64,000 bases of DNA from Planctomycetota bacterium (GTDB taxonomy: Bacteria > Planctomycetota > PLA2 > JAEUHO01), in NCBI GenBank assembly GCA_965222115.1, contig CBDCTJ010000007.1, positions 2,656,001 to 2,720,000 on the forward strand, read 5' to 3'. Numbering within the stretch: position 1 is the first letter of the stretch; every line of letters starts with the position of its first letter. Below the pieces are notes generated by a model. That model was not told where the DNA came from. It was given only the letters and a program-made list of their open reading frames with translations, and did no database searches. A program made the translations under genes and the position numbers. Of this stretch, positions 27,779 to 36,289 are shown piece after piece.

Positions 27779-28846
27779 ATGCCCCAAGTCCGCATCGCCA
27801 ACACCGGAGAAGCCGCGCAGCGCGTGTTGTTTGGTCCTATGGACAAACATCTGCGCCGGATTCGTGAGCATTTCGGCGTGCGCATAAGCGCTCGCAACGA
27901 AGTACTCACGCTTGAGGGCGACGATGTGGACGCGGTTGAAGATGTCGCGCGACGATTGAAGCGCGTGTTGGGTCGCATGAATGGGCGCACCGAGCCACCT
28001 GAGAACGAAGTCGAAGAGATTTTGCTTGGATCCGGAAAGCCATCGTCGAGTCGCAAGATTCGAACCTCAAACGGACCACGCACGGGCACAGGCCAAGCGC
28101 CTCACCGCATGTCGAAGACCACGGCGCGTGATCACGGCGGTTCGATTGCACCCAAACCAAAGACGCCGGGCCAAGAACGCTACATCGATGCCATCCGAGA
28201 GCACGACGTCGTGTTTGCCTTGGGGCCGGCGGGCACGGGCAAAACGTTTTTGGCAGTCGTAGAAGCCGTGCGTTGCCTACGAGACGGCACGGCCCGCAAG
28301 ATTATCCTCACGCGTCCCGCGGTGGAGGCAGGTGAGAAGCTAGGATTTTTGCCGGGTGATTTTCAAGCGAAGATCAATCCCTATTTACGACCGCTCTATG
28401 ATGCGCTGGGCGAGTTGCTAACGCACGCCGAAGTACAACGCTACTTCGAGGCCGACGTGATTGAAATTGTGCCGTTGGCCTATATGCGCGGTCGCACCTT
28501 GAAAGAGGCATTCATCATTCTTGACGAGGCGCAGAATACGACTCCCGCGCAGATGAAGATGTTTCTCACACGTATGGGCGAACGATCCAAAGTCGTCGTA
28601 AATGGCGACGCATCCCAGGTGGACTTGCCCGGTGGAACTACATCATCGGGGCTGAGTCAAAGCGTTCGCATTCTTGAGGATGTTCCCGGAATCGCCGTGG
28701 TTCGCTTCGCACCAACCGACATATTGCGTCATCCGTTGGTTCAACGCATTGTGGATGCCTATGACCGCGAAGACGATCGACGAGCAGCGAATGAGTCATC
28801 AAGCGACGCAGACGATGTGAGCGACGACGAATCGCAAGGCGCATGA
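27779..28846 (+). CDS. phoH: PhoH family ATPase
   Basis: [31 protein letters not shown] and DEAQN motifs. Confidence 0.95.
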   Translation: MPQVRIANTGEAAQRVLFGPMDKHLRRIREHFGVRISARNEVLTLEGDDVDAVEDVARRLKRVLGRMNGRTEPPENEVEEILLGSGKPSSSRKIRTSNGPRTGTGQAPHRMSKTTARDHGGSIAPKPKTPGQERYIDAIREHDVVFALGPAGTGKTFLAVVEAVRCLRDGTARKIILTRPAVEAGEKLGFLPGDFQAKINPYLRPLYDALGELLTHAEVQRYFEADVIEIVPLAYMRGRTLKEAFIILDEAQNTTPAQMKMFLTRMGERSKVVVNGDASQVDLPGGTTSSGLSQSVRILEDVPGIAVVRFAPTDILRHPLVQRIVDAYDREDDRRAANESSSDADDVSDDESQGA

Positions 28847-29310
28847 GTGGCGGTTCCCCAACGGCTTCCGTATCGATTGTCGATTGCGTAGAGATTCCCG
28901 GAGGTAAGTCGGTTTTCGAGCGACGCATGCAAGCTGTGGCACACATGGCGGCTGCCTATGCCGGGTGTTCGTTGGAGCTCGTCTATGTGGTGCTTGGGGA
29001 CGACGAGATGCGCGCGCAGAACAAAGCTGCGCTCAACCATGACTATCCAACCGATGTGCTCTCCTTTGACATGGGTCACACACACGACATACGTCACGGC
29101 GAGATCCTTGTGTCGGCCGACACCGCCGTTCGTGAAGCAGCATCTCGCGCACACAGTGGGGCAGATGAGTTGTGCCTGTATGCAGTTCACGGCACACTCC
29201 ACTTCGTGGGGTACGACGATCACGATCCCGCCGATCGAAGACGAATGCGTGCTGCCGAGAGGCGATGGCTACGCCGATTGGGTTGCAATGCAATCTACGG
29301 ACGTCGGTAA
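28843..29310 (+). CDS. ybeY: rRNA maturation RNase YbeY
   Basis: PTDVLSF and [12 protein letters not shown] motifs; follows phoH. Confidence 0.92.
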   Translation: MSGGSPTASVSIVDCVEIPGGKSVFERRMQAVAHMAAAYAGCSLELVYVVLGDDEMRAQNKAALNHDYPTDVLSFDMGHTHDIRHGEILVSADTAVREAASRAHSGADELCLYAVHGTLHFVGYDDHDPADRRRMRAAERRWLRRLGCNAIYGRR

Positions 29311-29395
29311 TCGCCCCCGCCCTACTCACGCCCCCCGCGAATGATTGCCCTTTACGCCTCTCTCTCCGAGGATAGGGCGTCCTTCGGAGATCGTC

Positions 29396-30589
29396 ATGTC
29401 GAGTCAGCAGCACCTTGTCGAACGCGTCTTAGAAATGGGCGTGGCCACCCGTGAGCAGGTGGATGAGGCCCTTGAAATTTGCAGTCGGCTCAGTGAAATG
29501 GGCATGAAGTCGCGCTCCGTGATCGACGTTCTTTTCGAAAAGGAATACATCGACAAGGAAGTTTTCGATCGGCTCCAGCGCGAAGCCAAGCGTGTGGAGG
29601 GCAAAGAGCAAATTGCCGGCTATCGCCTCCTCGATCGTCTCGGTGAGGGCGCGATGGGTGCCGTCTATCGTGCAAAGCAGCTTTCGCTGGATAGAGAAGT
29701 GGCTGTCAAGGTTCTCGACCCCGAACTGGCGAGCAATGACGAGTACGTCAAGCGTTTCATGAGCGAGGCGCGCGCCGTGGCCCGACTCAATCACACAAAC
29801 ATTATCAGCGGCATCGATGTGGGCGACGCAGACGGCATCAAATATCTCGTTATGGAGTATGCCGACGGAATGACGGTGAGTTCCCTGCTTGAACGCGGCG
29901 GTGCGCTCGATGAAGAGCGCGCGTTGTGGGTTGTGCTCCAAATGGCTCGTGCCTTAGATCACGCGCATCGCAACAACTTGGTTCACCGCGACGTCAAACC
30001 CGACAACATCATCATCACGAAAGATGGCGTCGCGAAGCTGTGTGACTTGGGTCTTGCCCGATTGGAAAGCGCGGAGGGTGAGGCGCCCCAACGTATGGGC
30101 ACCCCCGCCTACATTTCGCCCGAGCAGGCTCGCGGCGATGTAACCGTGGACGAACGTACCGATCTCTATAGCTTGGGCGCCACGTGGTTTCACATGGTAA
30201 CCGGTCGCCCGCCCTACACCGGCAACGACGCAGGTGCTGTACTCGCCAAACACCTCACGGAACCCGTGCCCCACGTGCGAACAATCGATCCCACGATTAG
30301 CGAGATGAGCGATGAACTGGTCTTTGGTCTGCTCCAAAAGCGCCGCGGCGACCGAACCGAGTCCGCCAGCGTTTTGATTCCGCAGTTGGAATCCGCCATT
30401 CGCGAATTGCAGTTGGCTCGTGGTGCCAGCCCCTCCAGTGCGATGGGCGTAGCAGCGAAAGCAAAACCAGCCGCCGGTTCCATCAAGGTTCCTGTGCGTC
30501 CCGCAGCCCCGGAACCGCGCTCCGCGGATGTTCCCAGTCGTCCAAGTGCTCCGATCGCTCCAAGACCAAGGCGTCGGCGAAGGCGTTAG
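29396..30589 (+). CDS. Hanks-type Ser/Thr protein kinase
   Basis: LGEGAMGAVY, VAVK, HRDVKPDN, DLGLA and GTPAYISPEQ motifs; Pro/Arg-rich tail. Confidence 0.95.
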   Translation: MSSQQHLVERVLEMGVATREQVDEALEICSRLSEMGMKSRSVIDVLFEKEYIDKEVFDRLQREAKRVEGKEQIAGYRLLDRLGEGAMGAVYRAKQLSLDREVAVKVLDPELASNDEYVKRFMSEARAVARLNHTNIISGIDVGDADGIKYLVMEYADGMTVSSLLERGGALDEERALWVVLQMARALDHAHRNNLVHRDVKPDNIIITKDGVAKLCDLGLARLESAEGEAPQRMGTPAYISPEQARGDVTVDERTDLYSLGATWFHMVTGRPPYTGNDAGAVLAKHLTEPVPHVRTIDPTISEMSDELVFGLLQKRRGDRTESASVLIPQLESAIRELQLARGASPSSAMGVAAKAKPAAGSIKVPVRPAAPEPRSADVPSRPSAPIAPRPRRRRRR

Positions 30590-30645
30590 GGTTCGCCTCC
30601 TAGCGGACAGTTTTCTGCACGTGGTTCCCGACTCTGTTTTCAGCG

Positions 30646-30759
30646 CCCGTATGCCGTTACCCGTTACCCGAGACCCGATACCCGATACCCGATACCCGAT
30701 ACCCGGTCTCAAGTGTGAGCATCCGATGATCGATTCGAGGCACGTTTAAGACGTGGACG
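30646..30759 (+). repeat. Module R copy 10 (5' half; 1 GTGGAC)
   Basis: Eight heptamers including (CCCGATA)4, CTCAAGTGTGAGCATCCGATGATCGATTCG, ends in GTGGACG. Confidence 0.9.
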
Positions 30760-30760
30760 A

Positions 30761-31135
30761 TCACGGTTCGTCGAATCGGCGCTGAAGTACGAACAACATG
30801 GCGGCGGATCGCTCCAAGCTGTTCATGACGAGTGAGATTGCGGCTTCGCTGGCGAGACCAAGCAATAGCGCGTGGTGTAGAGCGGCAATGGCCTCGGTGC
30901 ATTCGGCGTGTGCGATGTCGTAGGCCCTGCGCTTTTCGGCTGGCCGCCGTTTCGATAGGCCTTCAGCGACGTTTAGCGCAACGCTGGTACTTGCGCGCCT
31001 GAGTTGATCGGCGAGCTTTGCGTGGCCGCGAGGCCATGCGGCGCAGATTGCGACGCACTCGATCGCCGCGGCTTGCGAAGTACGGTAGACATCGAAGCGT
31101 TTGAGGTACTCGAGCGTAGAAGAGGCGCTTGTCAT
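30761..31135 (-). CDS. Four-helix-bundle protein, subfamily B copy 3
   Basis: 124 aa; same signature as the other B copies. Confidence 0.9.
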   Translation of the reverse strand: MTSASSTLEYLKRFDVYRTSQAAAIECVAICAAWPRGHAKLADQLRRASTSVALNVAEGLSKRRPAEKRRAYDIAHAECTEAIAALHHALLLGLASEAAISLVMNSLERSAAMLFVLQRRFDEP

Positions 31136-31291
31136 GATGGAACTCCAGATGAAGGGAACGCAAGCAGTTTGCTCGCGTGTGCCCTTCGCAAAAAAGCCGA
31201 AGGCGAAGGAGGGCACACGCGAGCGGGTCGTACAAAAAGAACCCGCGTGAAAACGACAACTCGTTCCCAAGCTGGAGTTCCATCACAAGCG
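31126..31291 (-). promoter_or_regulatory. Long leader hairpin (type B), third copy
   Basis: CGCTTGT-cat-GATGGAACTCCAG pairs with CTGGAGTTCCATC-ACAAGCG; inner stem conserved. Confidence 0.82.
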
Positions 31292-31342
31292 GCGCCCGCG
31301 CGTACCGTTTGCGCTGGAGCTACCGGCGGTGCTGTCCAAAGT

Positions 31343-31598
31343 CCCGTCACCCGTTACCCGTCACCCGTTACCCGTCACCCGTTCCCCGTGACCCGTACTC
31401 AAGGGCGGGCATCCGATGAACGATTTGCGCCGTCTTAACGTGGACGTGGACGTGGACGTGGACGTGGACGTGGACGTGGACGTGGACGTGGACGTGGACG
31501 TGGACGTGGACGTGGACGTGGACGTGGACGTGGACGTGGACGTGGACGTGGACGTGGACGTGGACGTGGACGTGGACGTGGACGTGGACGTGGACGTG
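31343..31598 (+). repeat. Module R copy 11 (5' half) with (GTGGAC)26 at 31440-31595
   Basis: Seven CCCGT(C/T)A-type heptamers, CTCAAGGGCGGGCATCCGATGAACGATTTGCGCC, perfect 156-bp array. Confidence 0.95.
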
Positions 31599-31610
31599 CG
31601 ATCTGCAATA

Positions 31611-31675
31611 CCCGTTACCCGAACCCCGTCACCCGCTACCCGGGCTCAAGTGTGAGGCTCCGATGATCGATGCGC
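31611..31675 (+). repeat. Module R copy 12 (5' fragment)
   Basis: Four heptamers plus GGGCTCAAGTGTGAGGCTCCGATGATCGATGCGC abutting the next gene's stop. Confidence 0.85.
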
Positions 31676-34342
31676 CTACTTATCCTCTTCTTGCGCAGGT
31701 ATCACGTACGCCCCCTGATGAACATCTGACGTGGTCATGGCGACGGTCTTTACAATCAGCCCTTCCCAGCCTTCGGCAGTGGAAAGCGTGATTTTGGCGC
31801 CGACTTTGCCGTCCTTTATGACGCCGCTTACGCGTGCAATGGCCCAGTCGTTCATGCGCTTGTGGTTCTCGCGAATGGTGGGGAAGGCCTCGGGGTCAAG
31901 CACGTTGGCGACACGCTTGGGTTTGTAGGCATTGGCGGTGCGAGGAAATTCGACGGAGATCTGCACGGGGGTGTCGTCAGGAAGGTCTGCCTTCGCGAGA
32001 ATGTTTAGGGTGACGGGCTCTTCGCCGCGTGCGGCGGTCACGTGAATATTGTTCTTTGGGAAGGCGATCTTTGTGGCGGGATCACCGAGCAAGATAAACA
32101 TCTCAGACGCTTCGCGCACCAGGCGGTCGGGGCTCACGCCGCCAACCATCATCTTGATGCCGAATCGAATCGCGGTAAGTCCGGGATCCGGCTTGGTGGG
32201 GGCGATGCACTCATCAATCGCATTGCGAATGACATCGCCCAGCCGCATGTTACCACCATCGCCGTGGAGGTAGCGGGTCATAGCGCGCGCAATGAGCGTA
32301 TTGGCCGCTGGGTGGCAGATGCGCGTTGCACCCCAAAAGGCAATCGGCCCCTGCGGGCGTTTCATGAGCGCCTCGCCGATACCGTCCCCGCGCTTCTGCT
32401 TTCGATCAAACTGCGCCGTTGTGCAGGCCAGCACCAATACGATGGGCTTTGTTCCCTTTACGTCAATCTGGGGTGCATGGCGGACGGTGAGAATGGGGAA
32501 GCGCCTTCCTCCCGCTTGAAGTTCATCAAAGCCCTCCGCAAAGCCGTGCCCAACGTAGGTATAGAACAGCGCTCCGTCGTTGACGCCCTTGATGACCTTT
32601 GCGTTGAACTCGGGCGGCGGCCAAAGAAACGGCGAACGCGCGCTCGCGAAGGTAACTTCGATGTCGTAGGCAGGCGGAATGCCATCGGCAACGACTTTGC
32701 GAAATGCGCTCTCCAGTAGCGTATCGACAATGGGGCCAAAGCGCCCTTCCGATGTGATGAATCGCATCATGCGCCGAGAAGCGTGCTTCGGCGGCGCGTT
32801 TTCATACTTAATCAGGCGATCGACAAATGCTTGTACATCCTTCGGCTCGCGAAACGGCAACCGACCCAAGGCGGGGCCCCCCGTGTGAACCACGCCACCC
32901 ACAGGACGTGTGTAGAGCCGATCTGAAGCAGTAGCGCCGTTGTACATCGTGCGGGCCATCGGTGTGGGGATGGTCCATGTCTTGGTAAAATCGGTGCGGT
33001 CATAGACTGCATCGCCGACAAGCAGTACATATTTGAGCGGTACATCTTTACGCTGCATCAAATGCACAATGAAGGCGCGGAGCGCTTCGGGTGTGTGCTC
33101 GCCATAGCCGAATCGGCTGTAGATCTCCGCGATGGACACGACGGTTGAGGGCGTACCCGTTTTCCCGCGATGATCCACAAGCGGCTTTACCGCGTCCAAG
33201 AGTTCGGGCACAGCAACGATGACGTGTTGTGTGCCCGAGGGAACCAGGAACTGATCTTCGGGTGCGAGTGTTCGTTTTGTCGGCGTCACTTCCGTTGCGT
33301 TTGTTGCCGCATACAGCACCGCATCGCTGGGAACATCAGGTATCAGATACGCGCCGTCCCGGGATCGCCAACGTGCAGGCATCGGGTAGGTGGACCCACG
33401 GCTGAGTACGAACGCAATGCCCTTGTCGGGTGCAGGCACCCGATCGCCGGAGGCAACGGGCACACGCGCGAAGGGCTCGTAGGTAAGTTGCTCCTCAACG
33501 GCCCCCATGGGTCCCACCAAATGAAACCCATCGATCCAAATCGAACCGTAACCAGCGGACATGTCATTTCGCGCGCGCGGAGGAAGCGATTTCGTCACGT
33601 CTCGAAGACGAATCGATTCGCGCATGTTGGGAATGGCCTTCGCGGGGACCTTCCACTCGAGGACGGCACCCCCCGACGCGCGCTGCGTTGTTGCAACACC
33701 GAGGTCCACATTGTTCCACGCCGCTTTAAGACTCACGGGGCCCGTGTGGGTTGCATACACATGTGCGCGCAAGATCTGTTCCTTGCCCCGTGCGGCGCCC
33801 ATGCCACCGAGCAACATGGAGCCCTCGCCAAGTGATTCCAGGCCCATCGCAAACCACACGGGACGATTGCCCGCATACACGGTTGGATCCGCCGAGGCAA
33901 GGGCGCCTAAGTAGTGGTCCGGTGCGTGAACGCGACGAAGAATTCGGGATTCGTTTCCGGTTGCAGGAACCGGATTTGGCTCCTCGGCCGTCCGATCCAC
34001 ATAGGAGGTGTGTTCGATTCGATACGTAGCTACACGACTGTGGGGTCCAGACGTAGACAGCGCCAAAAACACCAATTCGCCGTCCGCCAATATGCTCGGT
34101 ACGGGCACACCGCGCCGCGTGACGACAAGGTCCGATGGCTTCCCAGCGTCCAATGCACTCAACGCCTTGGTGGACACACGGTAAAACCCGTCAGTTGCCA
34201 CACGGATTTCGCCCACATTCCGAGTTTGCTGCTTGGCCACCTCTTTCGCTTCGCCACGCTGGGGTGTCCACACCACCGTGCCGATCGCTGCGACGAGCAA
34301 GAGAGACACGGGGAGCTCGAAGCGGGTACGGAGAAATCGCAT
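31676..34342 (-). CDS. C25 family (gingipain-like) cysteine peptidase, exported
   Basis: Signal peptide; YVLLVGD, ASDRLY, LGRLP, catalytic YVGHG and LACTT, and LLGDPA motifs. Confidence 0.88.
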   Translation of the reverse strand: MRFLRTRFELPVSLLLVAAIGTVVWTPQRGEAKEVAKQQTRNVGEIRVATDGFYRVSTKALSALDAGKPSDLVVTRRGVPVPSILADGELVFLALSTSGPHSRVATYRIEHTSYVDRTAEEPNPVPATGNESRILRRVHAPDHYLGALASADPTVYAGNRPVWFAMGLESLGEGSMLLGGMGAARGKEQILRAHVYATHTGPVSLKAAWNNVDLGVATTQRASGGAVLEWKVPAKAIPNMRESIRLRDVTKSLPPRARNDMSAGYGSIWIDGFHLVGPMGAVEEQLTYEPFARVPVASGDRVPAPDKGIAFVLSRGSTYPMPARWRSRDGAYLIPDVPSDAVLYAATNATEVTPTKRTLAPEDQFLVPSGTQHVIVAVPELLDAVKPLVDHRGKTGTPSTVVSIAEIYSRFGYGEHTPEALRAFIVHLMQRKDVPLKYVLLVGDAVYDRTDFTKTWTIPTPMARTMYNGATASDRLYTRPVGGVVHTGGPALGRLPFREPKDVQAFVDRLIKYENAPPKHASRRMMRFITSEGRFGPIVDTLLESAFRKVVADGIPPAYDIEVTFASARSPFLWPPPEFNAKVIKGVNDGALFYTYVGHGFAEGFDELQAGGRRFPILTVRHAPQIDVKGTKPIVLVLACTTAQFDRKQKRGDGIGEALMKRPQGPIAFWGATRICHPAANTLIARAMTRYLHGDGGNMRLGDVIRNAIDECIAPTKPDPGLTAIRFGIKMMVGGVSPDRLVREASEMFILLGDPATKIAFPKNNIHVTAARGEEPVTLNILAKADLPDDTPVQISVEFPRTANAYKPKRVANVLDPEAFPTIRENHKRMNDWAIARVSGVIKDGKVGAKITLSTAEGWEGLIVKTVAMTTSDVHQGAYVIPAQEEDK

Positions 34343-34425
34343 CGGCGTATCCTACGGGCCCGGCAGGCACATGATTCACCGTGGCAATTGCGAGCCGAGA
34401 GTGTTGGTCGTTCTAGGCTAGCCAC

Positions 34426-34608
34426 ATGTACTACGTTGGCCGCGCATTGCAGTTCTTCGGACTGATTCTCGTACCGTTCGCGCTGTACTACGGCCTCAAG
34501 GGCGGTGCGGCAAGGGGAGTGGCCCAGCGTGAACTCATGATGTTGGCAGCCGGGGCGCTCGCCTTCTGGCTCGGACGAGGGATCGAGGGGAAGTACGGCG
34601 GGTCGTGA
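34426..34608 (+). CDS. Small two-TM membrane protein
   Basis: 60-aa ORF with two hydrophobic helices (GRALQFFGLILVP), fills an intergenic gap. Confidence 0.65.
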   Translation: MYYVGRALQFFGLILVPFALYYGLKGGAARGVAQRELMMLAAGALAFWLGRGIEGKYGGS

Positions 34609-34618
34609 ATCAACGCGA

Positions 34619-35098
34619 CTAGCTGGCCGCGGCGGCTTCCTGTTCCTTCTTGAGGCGGATGATTTCTTCGGCCTCTTCGCTGGTGCGCGGGTGGAGCTGG
34701 ATCGCTTCCTTGATGCACACCGTGGTGCAGAGCATGTCGCAGCCCTTGCAGGCGTCGGGATCTACATGGGCGACGTTGAAGAAGCCATCGTCCACTTTCA
34801 CGTAGTTGATGGCGTCGTAGGGACATACGTCGAAGCAGAAATCGCACGCCGTGCATCGATCCGTGTTGACAATGGCGAGACGCTCTTTGTCCTGGCGGCG
34901 CTTGAAACGTGTGGCCACGTCGCCATTGAAATCGAGAATGGCTTCCGGCGGGCACACGTAGCCGCACAGGCCGCAATCCACGCAGATATCGGGGTGAATC
35001 ACGTGCATTTCACCGCGCACGCCCGAGATGGCGGTCACGGGGCAGGCCTTTTCGCAGGCCGTACATCCGATGCAGGTGTCGATGATCTCGTATGCCAT
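34619..35098 (-). CDS. Polyferredoxin with four [4Fe-4S] motifs
   Basis: CIGCTACEKACP, CVDCGLCGYVCP, CTACDFCFDVCP and CKGCDMLCTTVC. Confidence 0.92.
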   Translation of the reverse strand: MAYEIIDTCIGCTACEKACPVTAISGVRGEMHVIHPDICVDCGLCGYVCPPEAILDFNGDVATRFKRRQDKERLAIVNTDRCTACDFCFDVCPYDAINYVKVDDGFFNVAHVDPDACKGCDMLCTTVCIKEAIQLHPRTSEEAEEIIRLKKEQEAAAAS

Positions 35099-35234
35099 GG
35101 AGTGGCGGTCTCACAGGGGGGCGGTGTTGAGGCCGTGAGCATACCGGGAGGAGGCAATCTCTGCACGATTCCCGCCCTTGGCCAGACGGCGGGTCCATCT
35201 GGGCATAATCTCTTGAAGACCGTAGGAGCCCGCC

Positions 35235-35714
35235 ATGAGTGCATCGTCCCGCCTGATTATCGCCCTGATACTCCGCATCCTGCTACTGCTATTTGCGGGC
35301 TGGTTCGCCTTCGCGCCCGATGCCCTACCGGAAGGGGTCTCGATCGTCTCTCGTATTGGGCTCGCCACGGCCTTCTTGGTGCTCATGATGCTGATCGGCG
35401 AGGTCGGAACCATGCGTATGCACATGGGCATGCTCGTAAGTGCGCTGCGGGCCGGTGGCACACCCGGCGCGTCGGCCGCGGCCGTTGCAGCGACCGCGAA
35501 TGCCATGGGTGTGGGCGCCAGTGGCGGGACGCGCAATGACGCCGCCTCAGTAGACATTCTGATCCAGGCCCTCAAGACCAACGACGCCGACGTTCGCGCA
35601 AAGGCCCACGCCCACCTCACGCGCCTCACCGGCCAGACGATGCCCGACGACGTAGCGACCTGGCAAAAGTGGTGGGACGACAATCGAGATACGTTTCAAG
35701 CCAAGCAATCATGA
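35235..35714 (+). CDS. Hypothetical membrane protein with a HEAT-like C-terminus
   Basis: Two TM helices; LIQALK...VRAKAHAHLTRLTGQ...WQKWW tail; AGGAG SD. Confidence 0.75.
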   Translation: MSASSRLIIALILRILLLLFAGWFAFAPDALPEGVSIVSRIGLATAFLVLMMLIGEVGTMRMHMGMLVSALRAGGTPGASAAAVAATANAMGVGASGGTRNDAASVDILIQALKTNDADVRAKAHAHLTRLTGQTMPDDVATWQKWWDDNRDTFQAKQS

Positions 35715-36289
35715 GTCTCGTAAAGTCCTACGACGGATTCGAAACCAAACGTCTGAGATTGCGCGAGCCGCAGCTTGGCGATGCCCCCGTCATGTTTCGC
35801 AGATGGACGTCGGATCCACAAGTGGCGCGCTACGTTACGTATGAAACGCACCGCGAGATCTCAGAAACGGAAGACTACCTCGAGCGCTGCAGAACATTTT
35901 GGAGCGACCCCACGAGCCCGCACGCACAATTCATCCTTGTCCGCAAAGTGGAACAGGATGCTGTTGGCTTTATGGACCTCAGTCACAAGCGATCCTGCAT
36001 TGGGCTCGGCTACGTATTGGCGCGGGACGTGTGGGGGCAGGGTCTCATGACAGAGTTGATTGACACACTTTCGTCAGATTTGCTCGGACGCAAAGCGATC
36101 TACCGCGTGGATGCTACCGTCGATGTGGAAAACATTGCTTCGGCCCGCGTGCTAGAGAAAGCGGGGTTTCAACGCGAAGCTGTGCTTCGAAAGTACGGCA
36201 TGTGTCCCACCATTGGCCCCGAACCACGAGACTTGTGGATGTATGCGCGGGTGAAAGCACGATCGACGGGCGAAAGCGTTACGGTATGA
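35711..36289 (+). CDS. GNAT N-acetyltransferase (RimJ/RimL family)
   Basis: ETKRLRLR, LGYVLARDVWGQGLMTE and NIASARVLEKAGFQRE motifs. Confidence 0.92.
   Translation: MSLVKSYDGFETKRLRLREPQLGDAPVMFRRWTSDPQVARYVTYETHREISETEDYLERCRTFWSDPTSPHAQFILVRKVEQDAVGFMDLSHKRSCIGLGYVLARDVWGQGLMTELIDTLSSDLLGRKAIYRVDATVDVENIASARVLEKAGFQREAVLRKYGMCPTIGPEPRDLWMYARVKARSTGESVTV

Noticed and set aside
13016-31135. Diversity-generating retroelement (Avd-like genes)
   Set aside because: No reverse transcriptase and no TR/VR pair with adenine-specific mismatches is visible in the window.
13016-31135. 23S rRNA intervening sequences
   Set aside because: The genes lie between protein-coding genes and no rRNA sequence is present.
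13555-31595. CRISPR array interpretation of the repeats
   Set aside because: These are pure hexamer tandems and dispersed modules, with no repeat-spacer periodicity and no cas genes.
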